A stretch of 64,000 nucleotides of DNA from an uncultured delta proteobacterium. GTDB lineage: Bacteria; Myxococcota_A; Polyangia; Haliangiales; Haliangiaceae. Positions 22,782 through 35,154 of this stretch are shown piece after piece (position 1 is the first letter of the stretch; every line of letters starts with the position of its first letter). The position numbers and the translations under genes were made by a program. Under the pieces are notes generated by a model that saw only the letters and a program-made list of their open reading frames with translations, did not search any database and had not been told where the DNA came from. The DNA lies in the NCBI GenBank assembly GCA_963848295.1, contig CAWKDB010000010.1:4608001-4672000 (forward strand), given 5' to 3'.

Positions 22782-23608
22782 CAGGTAAATCCTCCAGGCG
22801 ACATCATCGCGGTGCCGACCGCCGGAATCGGCGTGATCGGCGTGCCTCCGGTGGCGACCGCCATGACGTTGTTCACCATCGTCGACAACTTCCAGATGTT
22901 GTAGCACTGCTCGAACGCGAAGCTGATCGACTCGAACAGCTGCGACGAGAACGGCGCGGTCGGATCCCCGTGCTGCGCGACCATCTGCATCTTCAGCACG
23001 TCGGCGCTGATCGAGACCGGCACTTGAACGAACATTCCGAACGGGGTCGGGACATTCGGCATCGGCGGCGCGACCGGCGTCGGTACGGCTGCGTACGCCG
23101 GATACCACGGCAGCGCGGCGGCCTTGACCGTCCCGGTAAACGTCAGCCACGCATTGCTGATTACGGTCGCGATCGTCGTCGTGTATTTTATCTGCATTGG
23201 CGTACTCATTGGCGCGCCGCCGGACAGGATCAGCGGGATCAAGGGCACCCCGACGATCTGACCGCCCGATACGAGCGGACCGGATACGACGAAGCCGACC
23301 ATCGTCGACGTCGACTGCCAGTCGGACCACGCCGAGCAGATCGCCGAGCAGATGTTGTCGATGAAGCCACCGAACGTCGAGATCAGCATCTTCTGGGTAT
23401 CGGTGTGGTACTTGTTCAGCGTTGCCGGGACGAACAGCGGTGGACTGCCGGGTGACGTCGCCTTCTCGTCCGCTTTGAACGCGTTGCCGTATTGCTGAGC
23501 GTCAGGATCGCCGCTCGGGTCCTGCCAGTTGGTCGGCACGCGCAGCGCGAAGCTCATGAACTTCGCCCGCGCGAGCTGCTGCATTTCGGAGGCTTGGGGC
23601 GCCGGCAT
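22781..23608 (-). CDS. Hypothetical protein translationally coupled to PAAR, with three internal repeats
   Basis: 275-aa ORF; TGATG overlap with PAAR; no signal peptide. Confidence 0.7.
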   Translation of the reverse strand: MPAPQASEMQQLARAKFMSFALRVPTNWQDPSGDPDAQQYGNAFKADEKATSPGSPPLFVPATLNKYHTDTQKMLISTFGGFIDNICSAICSAWSDWQSTSTMVGFVVSGPLVSGGQIVGVPLIPLILSGGAPMSTPMQIKYTTTIATVISNAWLTFTGTVKAAALPWYPAYAAVPTPVAPPMPNVPTPFGMFVQVPVSISADVLKMQMVAQHGDPTAPFSSQLFESISFAFEQCYNIWKLSTMVNNVMAVATGGTPITPIPAVGTAMMSPGGFT

Positions 23609-23709
23609 GGTCTAGTGGTTACGAGCTTATACGGACGAAGCCCCCTGCGTGTTCCTACTCGCAAACCCTTAAGAGGGTCGCCCGGATCCATATGATAGCC
23701 TTTGCAAAG

Positions 23710-24093
23710 ATGTCGGGATCGCCAAAGCAAAAACTCCACCCCGAGACCGGCGAGGAGTTGACCGAAGACCGCGAGGTCTACCTGCGCGATGGCCGCAAGC
23801 TGGTGGTGTCCGAGGCCGGGATCGATCAGCTAGTCGAGATCCGCAACGGTGCCGGCCTGGTCGAGATTCGCATCCAGCTCACCGAGCAGGGGCCGGTCGT
23901 CCAAGTCGAGGCCGCCCGGCTGCAGCTCAAGGCCAGTGAGGCGATCGAGATCGCCTCGCCTCATGTCGCGATCGCCGGCAGCGAGAAGCTCGAGCTCACC
24001 GGCGGCAAGGTCGGCGTCCATGCCGAAGACGACCTCGACGTCGACTCCAAAGAAGAGATCCGGATCAACGGCAAGATGATCTGGCTGAACTGA
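23710..24093 (+). CDS. Small gp5/VgrG C-terminal-like beta-strand repeat protein (mini-spike)
   Basis: Short alternating strands LQLKA-IEIAS-VAIAG-LELTG-VGVHA-LDVDS ending IRINGKMIWLN. Confidence 0.5.
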   Translation: MSGSPKQKLHPETGEELTEDREVYLRDGRKLVVSEAGIDQLVEIRNGAGLVEIRIQLTEQGPVVQVEAARLQLKASEAIEIASPHVAIAGSEKLELTGGKVGVHAEDDLDVDSKEEIRINGKMIWLN

Positions 24094-24096
24094 CGT

Positions 24097-25674
24097 CTAC
24101 CCGCGATACCGCTTGCGCAGCTCGGTCTTCTGAAACTTACCGGTCGAGGTCCGCGGGATCGCGTCGATCACCTCGAACGCGTCGGGCAGCCAGAACTTCG
24201 GGAACCGCTCGGCGAGAAAGGCCCGCATCTCCTCGGGGCTCGCCGATGCGCCCGGCTTGAACGCGACGACCGCGAGCGGCCGTTCGCTCCACTTCGCGTC
24301 GGGCACGCCGATCACCGCCGCTTCGCGGACCGCCGGATGATCCATCAGCGCCGTCTCGATCGCCGCCGAGGCGATCCATTCACCGCCGCTCTTGATCAGA
24401 TCGGCGACGCGGTCGACGAGGCGAACGAACCCGTACTGATCGACGGTCGCGACATCGCCGGTGCGAAAGTAGCCATCGCTCGTCCACCGCTCCGGCGTTT
24501 GACCACCGGTGTACTCGTCGGCGATCCACGGGCCGCGGACGAGGACTTCGCCCGAGCTCTGATCGTCGTGCGCGACGTCGCCCTGGTCGCCGACCACTCG
24601 GAGATCGAGCAGCGGAGGCGGCACACCTTGCTTCGCGCGCAGCTTGTAGCCGATCGCCTCGTCGAGTGCGGCGAGCTCGGGCGACAGCCGTGACACCAGA
24701 CCGATCGGCGAGGTCTCGGTCATCCCCCACGCATGGACGAGACGCAGGCCGAGCCGATCGAAGTCGCGGATCAACTGCTCCGGGACCGCGGCACCACCGA
24801 CGATCATCTGCACGTTCGGCAACAGATGCCATTTGCCGGGCGCGGCGTCGAGCGCTTCGCGAATACCGATCCAGATCGTCGGGACGCCGGCGGCAAACGT
24901 GACGCGCTCGCTCGCCATGAGGTCCAACAGGCTCGGTGGGTCGAGGAACGGCCCGGGGAACACGAGCTTGGCGCCGACCATCGTCGCGATGAACGGCAGG
25001 CCCCAGGCGTTGACGTGAAACATCGGCACCACGGGCAACAGCGTGTCGGCGCGGACGAGTCCGAGTTGGTCGGGCAGCGCGGCGACCAGCGTGTGCAGCA
25101 CGGTCGAGCGATGCGTGTAGACGACGCCTTTGGGATCGCCGGTCGTGCCGCTCGTGTAGCAGGTGCCGAGCGGATCGCTCTCGGCGAGCACCGGCAACGC
25201 GATGTCGTCGCGCGCGGAAGCGAGCAGCGCTTCGTAGCTCTCGTGCTCGCCGGCGTTGCCGACCACGATGATCCGCTCGAACTTCGCGCCGGCGGCGATG
25301 ACCTTCGTGAGCAACGGCAGCAGCACGTCGTCGACGATCACGATGCGGTCGCGGCCGTGGGTCGCGATGAACGCGATCTCCGGCGGCGCCAGTCGTAGAT
25401 TGAGCGTGTGGGTCACGGCGCCGGCCAGCGGGATCGCGAAGTAGGCCTCGAGGTGCTCGACGTGGTTCCACATGAGCGACGCGACGCGATCGCCCTTGCG
25501 GATCCCGCCGGCGATCAGGGCGCGCGCGAGCTTGCGGGCGCGCGTGATCATCGCGCCGTAGGTCGAGCGATGCAGGCTTCGATCGGGGCGGCGCGAGACG
25601 ATCTCGACGTCGCCGAACTGCTCGGCGCGGCGCGCGATGTGATCGATCGTGAGCCCGACATCCATCATCGTCAT
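24097..25674 (-). CDS. Medium-chain fatty acid-CoA ligase (AlkK/DmdB-like)
   Basis: YTSGTTGDPKGVVYTHRS, VPMFHVNAWG, AWGMTETSP, IKSGGEWI, TGKFQK. Confidence 0.9.
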   Translation of the reverse strand: MTMMDVGLTIDHIARRAEQFGDVEIVSRRPDRSLHRSTYGAMITRARKLARALIAGGIRKGDRVASLMWNHVEHLEAYFAIPLAGAVTHTLNLRLAPPEIAFIATHGRDRIVIVDDVLLPLLTKVIAAGAKFERIIVVGNAGEHESYEALLASARDDIALPVLAESDPLGTCYTSGTTGDPKGVVYTHRSTVLHTLVAALPDQLGLVRADTLLPVVPMFHVNAWGLPFIATMVGAKLVFPGPFLDPPSLLDLMASERVTFAAGVPTIWIGIREALDAAPGKWHLLPNVQMIVGGAAVPEQLIRDFDRLGLRLVHAWGMTETSPIGLVSRLSPELAALDEAIGYKLRAKQGVPPPLLDLRVVGDQGDVAHDDQSSGEVLVRGPWIADEYTGGQTPERWTSDGYFRTGDVATVDQYGFVRLVDRVADLIKSGGEWIASAAIETALMDHPAVREAAVIGVPDAKWSERPLAVVAFKPGASASPEEMRAFLAERFPKFWLPDAFEVIDAIPRTSTGKFQKTELRKRYRG

Positions 25675-25763
25675 GGCGAGAACCTACCACCGGCTAACCG
25701 AGCAGCTGCGCAGGTTTGTGGGCTTGTTGCCCATCGCGCGGAGTTCCGGCTACGATCGCGGTG

Positions 25764-26939
25764 ATGAGGTTGTTTTGGCTCGTCGTACTCGCCGGGTGCG
25801 GTCGCATTGGCTTCGGCCTCGGTGGCGGGGGTGGAGGCGGGGCGGGTGGCGGCGGCGGTACGGGCGATGCGCCGCGAGCGGATGTCGCGATGACGACGGC
25901 GCCGCCATGCGGCTCGGGCATCTCCGCCCAGCACCTCGCGATCGATCCGGGCGGCGCGCCGATCGGCTCGTGGGTCGACGCGATCACGGCCACCGTGACC
26001 GGCGCCGGCGCCGCGGTCACGTATATCGCGCCCGATGGCGTCGGCTGGGCCGTGACCTATAACGGCGCGGCGGGCCACCTTGCGGTCGACAAGTCCGATA
26101 CGCAGATCGCCGCGTCGACAGTCACCGATATGCACGTCGTCACCTTCTCCGGCGCTCTCGTGGCGTCGATAGAGGCAGGGACGTTCTCGGAACAGTGGTT
26201 CAACCTGGGCACGCTCGCCCCGACCAATGCTCCGAGCAACGCCACGGCGATCGCGCCGATCACATCTCCACTCGCCGCGAGCTCGACCGAGGCCGTGTGG
26301 CTGGGCGTGAACGCAAGCGGTGCGGTCGTCGGCCAGACGATCTCTGCCACCGACGTCGTGTCGGCGAGCAAGCAGGTCCTTCCGGCTGTGGCCGCCGCGC
26401 AGCAGGCCTCGGTGATCGCGGCGAACAACGCGTTCCTCGTCACGTGGCTCGCGAGCACGGCAAATCCGGTCGGGGTCAACGCGCAGCTGTTCGATGGCAC
26501 CCTCGTCCCCACCGCGGTGACAGGCGCGTTCACCGGCAGCGTCGACTTCTTCGAGCCGCGTTCCGCGTGGGCCTCGACCCCGAACGTCTATGCCATCGCC
26601 TACCTCACCAGCACAGACGTGTGGGTGCAGCTCGCCGACAACAGTCTCGCGCCGCTCGGCTCGCCGATCGATCTCGGTTCCGGTACCGCGCCGACGATCG
26701 CGAGCGACGGCACCGGGTTCTGGCTCGCGTGGCACGACGTCGCGCAGGCGTCCGAGCTGTCCGCCGCGTACGTCGACGCCACCGGAGCGATCGCCAAGCT
26801 CTCGGTCGCCGGATCGGGCGGCACCGAGGTCGATCACGTGGTCGTCGACGTCGGCGGAACCGCGGTGCTGTTCTACGTCGAGCGCAACGGCGCGACGCCG
26901 AACCTGCCGCTGTGGGCGATCCCCATGTGCGCGCTGTGA
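25764..26939 (+). CDS. Lipoprotein of unknown function (CGRIGF N-terminus, Gly linker, beta-rich)
   Basis: LAGC lipobox, poly-Gly stretch, IASDGTGFWLAW repeat-like segments. Confidence 0.7.
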   Translation: MRLFWLVVLAGCGRIGFGLGGGGGGGAGGGGGTGDAPRADVAMTTAPPCGSGISAQHLAIDPGGAPIGSWVDAITATVTGAGAAVTYIAPDGVGWAVTYNGAAGHLAVDKSDTQIAASTVTDMHVVTFSGALVASIEAGTFSEQWFNLGTLAPTNAPSNATAIAPITSPLAASSTEAVWLGVNASGAVVGQTISATDVVSASKQVLPAVAAAQQASVIAANNAFLVTWLASTANPVGVNAQLFDGTLVPTAVTGAFTGSVDFFEPRSAWASTPNVYAIAYLTSTDVWVQLADNSLAPLGSPIDLGSGTAPTIASDGTGFWLAWHDVAQASELSAAYVDATGAIAKLSVAGSGGTEVDHVVVDVGGTAVLFYVERNGATPNLPLWAIPMCAL

Positions 26940-27767
26940 TCAGCCGAACAACCGCGACCACAGCGAACGACTGACCGGCAGCGGCGACACACGCGGCTCG
27001 GGCACCGCATCGAACCCGAGCGCATCGGCGACCCACGCGCGGTCGAGCTCGGCGAGCGTGGCGCGCGCGACCGCCGCTTGGTTCGCAGGCAGCTGCTTGG
27101 TCAGCCACCTCGCGGTCGCCGGGTCGTAACCGCGAACGACGAGCTGGGTCGCGAGCAAGAACGCCATCTCCTGCGCCGCGAGATAGCCCTGGCGCGCGTG
27201 GCTCCACGAGCTCCCGAGGTTGCCGTGGCTCTTCGTCACGAAGCGCTGCGCCGCCGCGGTCGTGAGCACGCCGAAGCCGAGGTAGATCGTCGTGACGTCG
27301 GTCAGCTTCTCTTCGAGATCGTGGTCGCGGAGCTCGAGCCGATGACTGCGGCGAAAGGCGTGACCGACCTCGTGGGCCATCGCCGCGACGAGGCCGAGCG
27401 CGTCGTCGAGCTTGCTGGTCTCGACCCCGAACCGACACGCGTTGCCCGAGATCCCCGCGAACCACGCCGCTGCACCTGCGTGCGACGATTTCGCGGCGTT
27501 GCCGTCGAGCCCGACCTCGTGAACCTCGGTCTCGTTCGTAAACAGCTCGAGCCGGACCCCGAGGTGCGGCAGGCCGGCGTAGTCGAGCAGCCGCCGCGCG
27601 AGCGCGCTGACCCCGCGTTCGTCGGGCGACCAGCGATCCGGAAAGTACGCGTCGGTCGGGAGCAGCAACGGCGCATCGAGGAAGGTTGCCTCGCCGCGCC
27701 GCTCGATCAACGTGGCGAGTGCCGCCCACAACCACTCGCGTTCGAGCGGGGGCGGGAGCGCCACCAT
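26940..27767 (-). CDS. Hypothetical HExxH metallopeptidase-like protein
   Basis: AMAHEVGHAF..EKLTD..YLGFG; starts 3 nt after the fusA stop. Confidence 0.6.
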   Translation of the reverse strand: MVALPPPLEREWLWAALATLIERRGEATFLDAPLLLPTDAYFPDRWSPDERGVSALARRLLDYAGLPHLGVRLELFTNETEVHEVGLDGNAAKSSHAGAAAWFAGISGNACRFGVETSKLDDALGLVAAMAHEVGHAFRRSHRLELRDHDLEEKLTDVTTIYLGFGVLTTAAAQRFVTKSHGNLGSSWSHARQGYLAAQEMAFLLATQLVVRGYDPATARWLTKQLPANQAAVARATLAELDRAWVADALGFDAVPEPRVSPLPVSRSLWSRLFG

Positions 27768-27769
27768 CG

Positions 27770-29911
27770 CTACTTCTTCGCGGCCTCGGCTTTGGCCTTC
27801 GCCGCTTTCTGCAGCAGCTCCTCGGTGATGTTCGACGGCGTCTCCGCGTACTTCGCGAACTCCATCGTGAACTCCGCCTTGCCTTGGGTCGCCGAGCGCA
27901 GCGGGGTCGAGAACCCGAACATCTCGGCGAGCGGGACCTCGGCGTCGACGCGGGCGTTGCCGTCTTCTTCGGTCGAACCCATGACGATGCCGCGGCGCTG
28001 CATGATCAAGCCGAGGATGTTGCCGGAGAACTCCGCCGGGCCTTCGATCGACAGCTTCATGATCGGCTCGAGGATCTTCGGCGACGCGCGCGGGAAGAAG
28101 TCGCGGAACGCACCGCGCGCCGCTTCCTGGAACGCGATGTCGCTCGAATCGACCGCGTGTGACGCACCGTCGTTGATGACGACGCGCAGCCCGACGACCG
28201 GCACCCCGAGGCGCGGTGACTTCATGATCATGCTCTTGAAGCCCTTCTCGCACGACGGGATGAACTCGCGCGGAATCGATCCGCCCTTGATCGCATCCTC
28301 GAACTCGAAGTCGCCCTCGAACGGCTCGCAATAGCCGCCGACCTTGCCGTACTGGCCCGAGCCGCCGGTCTGCTTCTTGTGGGTGTACGTGAACTCGGTC
28401 TTCCTGCTGATCGTCTCGCGATACGCGACCTGCGGCGGCGAGGTGACGACCTCGGCCTTGTACTCGCGCTTCATGCGCTCGATGTAGACCTCGAGGTGGA
28501 GCTCACCCATGCCCGCGATGATCGTCTCGGCCGATTCCGGATCGACCCAGCACTTGAACGTCGGGTCTTCGCGGGTGAACCGGTTGAGCGCCTTGGACAT
28601 GTTGATCTCGGCGCCGGAGTCCTTCGCTTTGATCGCGACGGAGATCACCGGCGTCGGCACGAACATCGAGGTCATCGCCAGGTTGACGGTGCCGTCGGTG
28701 AACGTGTCGCCCGAGTTGCAGTCGACGCCGAAGATCGCGCAGATGTCTCCCGCGCCGGCGTTCGTGATCTCTTCCTTGTCGTCGGAGTGCATCCGGACGA
28801 GCCGGCCGACCTTGACCTTCTTGTAGTTGCGCGAGTTGACGACGAAGTCGTCCTTGTTGATCTGGCCCTGGTAGATCCGGACGTACGTCAGCTGGCCGTA
28901 GCGACCATCCTCGAGCTTGAACGCGAGCATGACGAGCGGCTTGGTCGGATCCGAATCGAGGATGACCGGCGCCTCTTCCTTGCCGAGATCGAGCGCGACG
29001 TTCTCGACATCGCGCGGGTCGGGCAAGTAGTTGCAGACGCCGTCGAGCAGCAGCTGGACGCCCTTGTTGCCGAGCGCCGAGCCGAGCATGACCGGCGTGC
29101 ACTTGAGCGCGATCGTCGAATCGCGCAGGCACTTGCGGAGCAAGTCCGGCGTGACCTTGTCTTCGAGGATCGCCTCGGCGAGCTCGTCGTTGACGAGCGA
29201 CAGGTTGTCGAGCATCTCGTCGCGCAGCTTCTGCGCCTGGTCGGCGAGGTCGGCCTGGATCGGGCCGCGCTCGATTGTCTCGCCGTTGTCGCCGTAGAAC
29301 TTGAACGACTGCATCTCGATCAGATCGACGACGCCTTCGAGCTTGTCCTCGAGGCCGATCGGCATCTGGATCATCACCGGGTGCAGCTTGAGCTTGTCGC
29401 GCAGCTGGTCGCGGACGCGGAACGGGTTCGCGCCGGTGCGGTCGAGCTTGTTGACGAACGCGATGCGCGGCACCTTGTAGCGGCGCATCTGGCGATCGAC
29501 CGTGTAGCTCTGCGATTGCACGCCGGCGACGCCGCACAGCACCATGATCGCGCCGTCGAGCACGCGCAGCGAGCGCTCGACCTCGATCGTGAAGTCGACG
29601 TGGCCGGGGGTGTCGATGATGTTGATGTGGTGCTGCGCCTTGATCGGGCTGCCGGGCACGCCCATCACGCCCTTGGCCTTCTCGCCCGGGGGCCACTGGC
29701 AGAACGTCGCGGCCGATTGGATCGTGATGCCGCGCTCGCGCTCGAGCTCCATCGAGTCCATCTTCGCGCCGACACCGTCCTTGCCCTTGACCTCGTGGAT
29801 CGCGTGGATCCGCGCGGTGTAATAGAGGATTCGCTCGGTCAGCGTGGTCTTGCCACTATCGATGTGAGCCGAGATTCCGATGTTGCGGACTTTGGACAGG
29901 TCGGTAAGCAC
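27770..29911 (-). CDS. fusA: Elongation factor G
   Basis: [63 protein letters not shown] before GTG. Confidence 0.97.
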   Translation of the reverse strand: MLTDLSKVRNIGISAHIDSGKTTLTERILYYTARIHAIHEVKGKDGVGAKMDSMELERERGITIQSAATFCQWPPGEKAKGVMGVPGSPIKAQHHINIIDTPGHVDFTIEVERSLRVLDGAIMVLCGVAGVQSQSYTVDRQMRRYKVPRIAFVNKLDRTGANPFRVRDQLRDKLKLHPVMIQMPIGLEDKLEGVVDLIEMQSFKFYGDNGETIERGPIQADLADQAQKLRDEMLDNLSLVNDELAEAILEDKVTPDLLRKCLRDSTIALKCTPVMLGSALGNKGVQLLLDGVCNYLPDPRDVENVALDLGKEEAPVILDSDPTKPLVMLAFKLEDGRYGQLTYVRIYQGQINKDDFVVNSRNYKKVKVGRLVRMHSDDKEEITNAGAGDICAIFGVDCNSGDTFTDGTVNLAMTSMFVPTPVISVAIKAKDSGAEINMSKALNRFTREDPTFKCWVDPESAETIIAGMGELHLEVYIERMKREYKAEVVTSPPQVAYRETISRKTEFTYTHKKQTGGSGQYGKVGGYCEPFEGDFEFEDAIKGGSIPREFIPSCEKGFKSMIMKSPRLGVPVVGLRVVINDGASHAVDSSDIAFQEAARGAFRDFFPRASPKILEPIMKLSIEGPAEFSGNILGLIMQRRGIVMGSTEEDGNARVDAEVPLAEMFGFSTPLRSATQGKAEFTMEFAKYAETPSNITEELLQKAAKAKAEAAKK

Positions 29912-30106
29912 GAGACGTCTCCTAAAACCGGCTTCGAAAAAGCCGAAAAAGCGGATGGTGACTACCGTGTAAGCTCTCAAGAAGCAAGCGAAACCCGGCG
30001 ATTTGGGGAGTGTCATACCTCGGCGCCTCGGTGGCGACGATTGTCCCCGCATCCATGTCATAGCATTTCAAGCGGTTGGGCGAGCGGCCCTGCTAGCCTT
30101 GCGGAG

Positions 30107-31910
<1,804 letters not shown>

Positions 31911-31969
31911 AACCGGAACGTGTGACCGATCCCGCTGACGGTGCCGCCGCCTTGAAGTATCCCGTAGCT

Positions 31970-33526
31970 ATGTCGCGAGTCCTCGCCGCCGCCGCCGCAC
32001 TGGTCGTGGCGGTTGCCGGTCGCGCGATCGCCTCACCGAAGAACGCGGCGTCCGAGATCGTACCCGGATCGGCGCCGTTCGGCGTCGTGCGCATCGATCC
32101 GCCAGCGACCGCGGACACCGTGTCGCCGTACATCTATCTCAACCGGTGCACCGGCGGCTGCACGGTCACCGGGACCGGCGGCGGCGGCGGGAACGACGCG
32201 ACCGCACAGCCGATCTTGTCGAGCATCCCGGCGACCGGCACGTACACCGTCGGCGAGTATGCCGCGGCGACTGGCCAGTGCTCGATGACCACGTCGATGG
32301 CGTGCACCGGGGTCGGTCAATGCCCGGGCACCGAGACGTGCGTGCAGACCGGCGCGGTCGCCGATGCCGAGTGGGCGCAGGTCGTCCAGTGCGTCAAGGA
32401 GGTGTACTCGCCGTTCGCGGTGACCGTCACCGATCAACGGCCAACGGTCTCGTCGTTCACCGAGGCGATCGTTGCGGGGCAGCCCGGAGACGTCGGCCTC
32501 GATACCGACTTTCTCGGCGTGGCACCGTCGGCGTGCGTCGCGCACAACAACCTGCCGGTGTTCGCGTTCGCGAACCACCACCCGGCAATGGACCGCGTCA
32601 ACAACATCTGCTGGACCGCGGCGCAGGAGACCGCGCACGCCTTCGGGCTCGACCACGAATACAGCTTCGTCAGCGCGTATCCGGAGAATCAGAACTCGGC
32701 GTGCATGGATCCGATGACCTATCGCGTCGATTGCGGCGGCGAGAAGTTCTTCCGCAACGCGCTCGCGAACGACGGCCGCTACTCGACGACCGACTACAGC
32801 TGCTCGTTCTCGCAACAGAACTCGCATCAACAGCTGCTCGACGTGCTCGGCGCGGGCACGCCGATCACGGCGCCGCCGACCGTCGCGATCACCTATCCGA
32901 CCACCGACGCGGTGCCGCATGAAGTCGTATCGACCGCGAGCGCTCAGCGCGGCATCTTCGCGGTGGAGCTGTGGCTCAACGGGTTCCGCTGGAACTCGGT
33001 GCCGGGCGGGCCCTTCGGTCCCGAAGGGCAGACCTCGGAGTCGTATACGAATCCATGGCCGAACGGCGTCCCGAACGGCTACGTCGACATCGTCACGAAG
33101 GCCTACGATGACATCGGCGTCGAGACCGACTCGGCGATGATCACGGTGCTGCAAGGAGCGCCGTGTCAAGATGCCTCGACCGACTGCGCTACGGGGCAGA
33201 TGTGCGCGAACGGGCGTTGCTTCTGGAACCCGCCGACCGGCGAGCTCGGCGACGGGTGCACGTATCCGCAGGAGTGCGTCAGCGACGTTTGTCAGGGCGC
33301 CACCGGGGATGAGAAGTGCACGACGCAGTGCGACCCGACGAAGGACAACGTCTGTCCGACCGGCTACGAATGTATCGCAGCGAGCGCGACGGTCGGCTTC
33401 TGCTTCGTCGGAACCCCGGGCGGATGCTGTAGTGCAGCGCACGGTGGTGATGGCTGGGTACCCGCGGGCTTCGCGATCGCGATGTTCGGACTCGTCGGCC
33501 GACGCCGTCGTCGTCGCGAGACGTGA
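31970..33526 (+). CDS. Secreted metzincin-like protein (QExxHxxGxxH) with Ig-like domain, Cys-rich region and MYXO-CTERM (copy 1)
   Basis: Signal peptide; QETAHAFGLDH and DPMTY; GGCCS-TM-RRRRR tail. Confidence 0.75.
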   Translation: MSRVLAAAAALVVAVAGRAIASPKNAASEIVPGSAPFGVVRIDPPATADTVSPYIYLNRCTGGCTVTGTGGGGGNDATAQPILSSIPATGTYTVGEYAAATGQCSMTTSMACTGVGQCPGTETCVQTGAVADAEWAQVVQCVKEVYSPFAVTVTDQRPTVSSFTEAIVAGQPGDVGLDTDFLGVAPSACVAHNNLPVFAFANHHPAMDRVNNICWTAAQETAHAFGLDHEYSFVSAYPENQNSACMDPMTYRVDCGGEKFFRNALANDGRYSTTDYSCSFSQQNSHQQLLDVLGAGTPITAPPTVAITYPTTDAVPHEVVSTASAQRGIFAVELWLNGFRWNSVPGGPFGPEGQTSESYTNPWPNGVPNGYVDIVTKAYDDIGVETDSAMITVLQGAPCQDASTDCATGQMCANGRCFWNPPTGELGDGCTYPQECVSDVCQGATGDEKCTTQCDPTKDNVCPTGYECIAASATVGFCFVGTPGGCCSAAHGGDGWVPAGFAIAMFGLVGRRRRRRET

Positions 33527-33571
33527 CAAATCCTGCTGACCGAGCGGCACCACTTGTAGTATCTCGCAGCT

Positions 33572-35119
33572 ATGTCGCGTTCGTTCACGTGGATCATCGC
33601 GGCCGCGCTCGCGGTCGGCAGCACCGCCGCAGCCGCTCCGTACTATTCGATCAGCCCGGGCCCGCGCGCGGTGCAGCTCATTCCGCCGCCGGCGACGCCC
33701 GCCGAGGTGTCGCCGTTCATCTACCTGAACCGCTGCACCGGCGGCTGCACGATCACCGGCAGCCTGACCGACAACAGCGCTCGCGACAACATCTCGAGCA
33801 TCCCCGGTGCGACCGGCACGTTCACGCTCGGCGAGTACGCCACCGCGAACGGCCAGTGCTCGGTGACGACGACCACGGCGTGCAACGGGACGCCCGGCCA
33901 ATGCCCCGATACCGAGACCTGCGTGCAGACCGGCGCGGTCGCCGATGCCGAGTGGGCGCAGCTCGTGAAGTGCGTGCAAGAGGTCTACTCGCCGTTCGCG
34001 GTCACGGTCAGTGACTCGAAGCCGCCGGGCGGCCAGACGTATACCGAGGCGCTCGTCGCCGGGGTTCCGAGCGACGTCGGCTTGCCGGACAGCATCCTCG
34101 GCGTCTCGCCGTCGGCTTGCCAGCCGGTCGACAACCTGCCGGTGTACGCGTTCGCGAACCATCACGGCGACGTCGATCGGGTCAACAACATCTGCTGGAC
34201 CGCGGCCCAAGAGACCGCGCACGCGTTCGGCCTCGACCACGAGTACAGCTTCATCAGCGCGTATCCGGCAAACGACAACTCGGCGTGCATGGATCCGATG
34301 ACCTACCGCGTCGATTGCGGCGGCGAGAAGTTCTTCCGCAACGCGGTCGCGAACGACGGCCGCTATTCGACGACGGACTACAGCTGCTCGTTCGCGCAAC
34401 AGGACTCGCACACCCAGCTGCTCAACGTGCTCGGCCCGGGCACGCCGATCACCGCGCCGCCGACCGTGGCGGTGACGTTCCCGGCCGCGGGCCTGGCGAG
34501 CGCGCCGGCTGAAGTCGTCGCGACCGCCGCTGCGCAGCGCGGGGTGTTCAACGTCGACCTCTACCTCAACGGCTTCAAGTGGGGCACCGTCCCCGGCGCG
34601 GCGTTCGGCAACGAAGGTCAGCCCCAGAGCCAGTACACGATGATGTGGCCCTCGGGCGTGCCGAACGGCGTCATCGACATCGTCGCGAAGGCGTACGACG
34701 ACCTCGGGACCGAGACCGACTCGGCGCCGGTGACGATCACCGTCGGCCAGCCGTGCCAGGACGCGGCGACCGACTGCGCGCTCGGCCAGACCTGCTCGAC
34801 CGGCCGGTGCTCGTGGCCGCCGCCGAGCGGTCAGCTCGGCGACTCGTGCACGTATCCGCAGTTCTGCACGAGCCTCGAGTGCGAAGGCCCGGCGGGCGCG
34901 CAGACCTGCACGACCGATTGCGATCCGCGCGTGATGGACGGCTGCGAGACCGGCTACGACTGCGTCGCTGCGAGCGACACCGCCGGCTTCTGCTTGAAGT
35001 CGGACGGCGGCGGCGGCGGTTGCTGCAGCGCCGCGCACGGCGGCGGCAACGGCGACCTGTGGGTCCCGGGCGGCCTCGGGCTGCTCGTGCTCGGCCTCGT
35101 GTTCCGCAAGCGCAAGTAG
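33572..35119 (+). CDS. Tandem paralog of 31970..33526 (copy 2)
   Basis: Long identical blocks such as NNICWTAAQETAHAFGLDHEYSF; MYXO-CTERM tail. Confidence 0.8.
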   Translation: MSRSFTWIIAAALAVGSTAAAAPYYSISPGPRAVQLIPPPATPAEVSPFIYLNRCTGGCTITGSLTDNSARDNISSIPGATGTFTLGEYATANGQCSVTTTTACNGTPGQCPDTETCVQTGAVADAEWAQLVKCVQEVYSPFAVTVSDSKPPGGQTYTEALVAGVPSDVGLPDSILGVSPSACQPVDNLPVYAFANHHGDVDRVNNICWTAAQETAHAFGLDHEYSFISAYPANDNSACMDPMTYRVDCGGEKFFRNAVANDGRYSTTDYSCSFAQQDSHTQLLNVLGPGTPITAPPTVAVTFPAAGLASAPAEVVATAAAQRGVFNVDLYLNGFKWGTVPGAAFGNEGQPQSQYTMMWPSGVPNGVIDIVAKAYDDLGTETDSAPVTITVGQPCQDAATDCALGQTCSTGRCSWPPPSGQLGDSCTYPQFCTSLECEGPAGAQTCTTDCDPRVMDGCETGYDCVAASDTAGFCLKSDGGGGGCCSAAHGGGNGDLWVPGGLGLLVLGLVFRKRK

Positions 35120-35154
35120 CGCAAGCCGGCGCGATCCCGGAGTACGATACGGCG

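Noticed and set aside
32033..35038. Long Arg/Ala-rich antisense ORFs (this one and many others in the track)
   Set aside because: These are GC-rich shadow frames overlapping better-supported genes.
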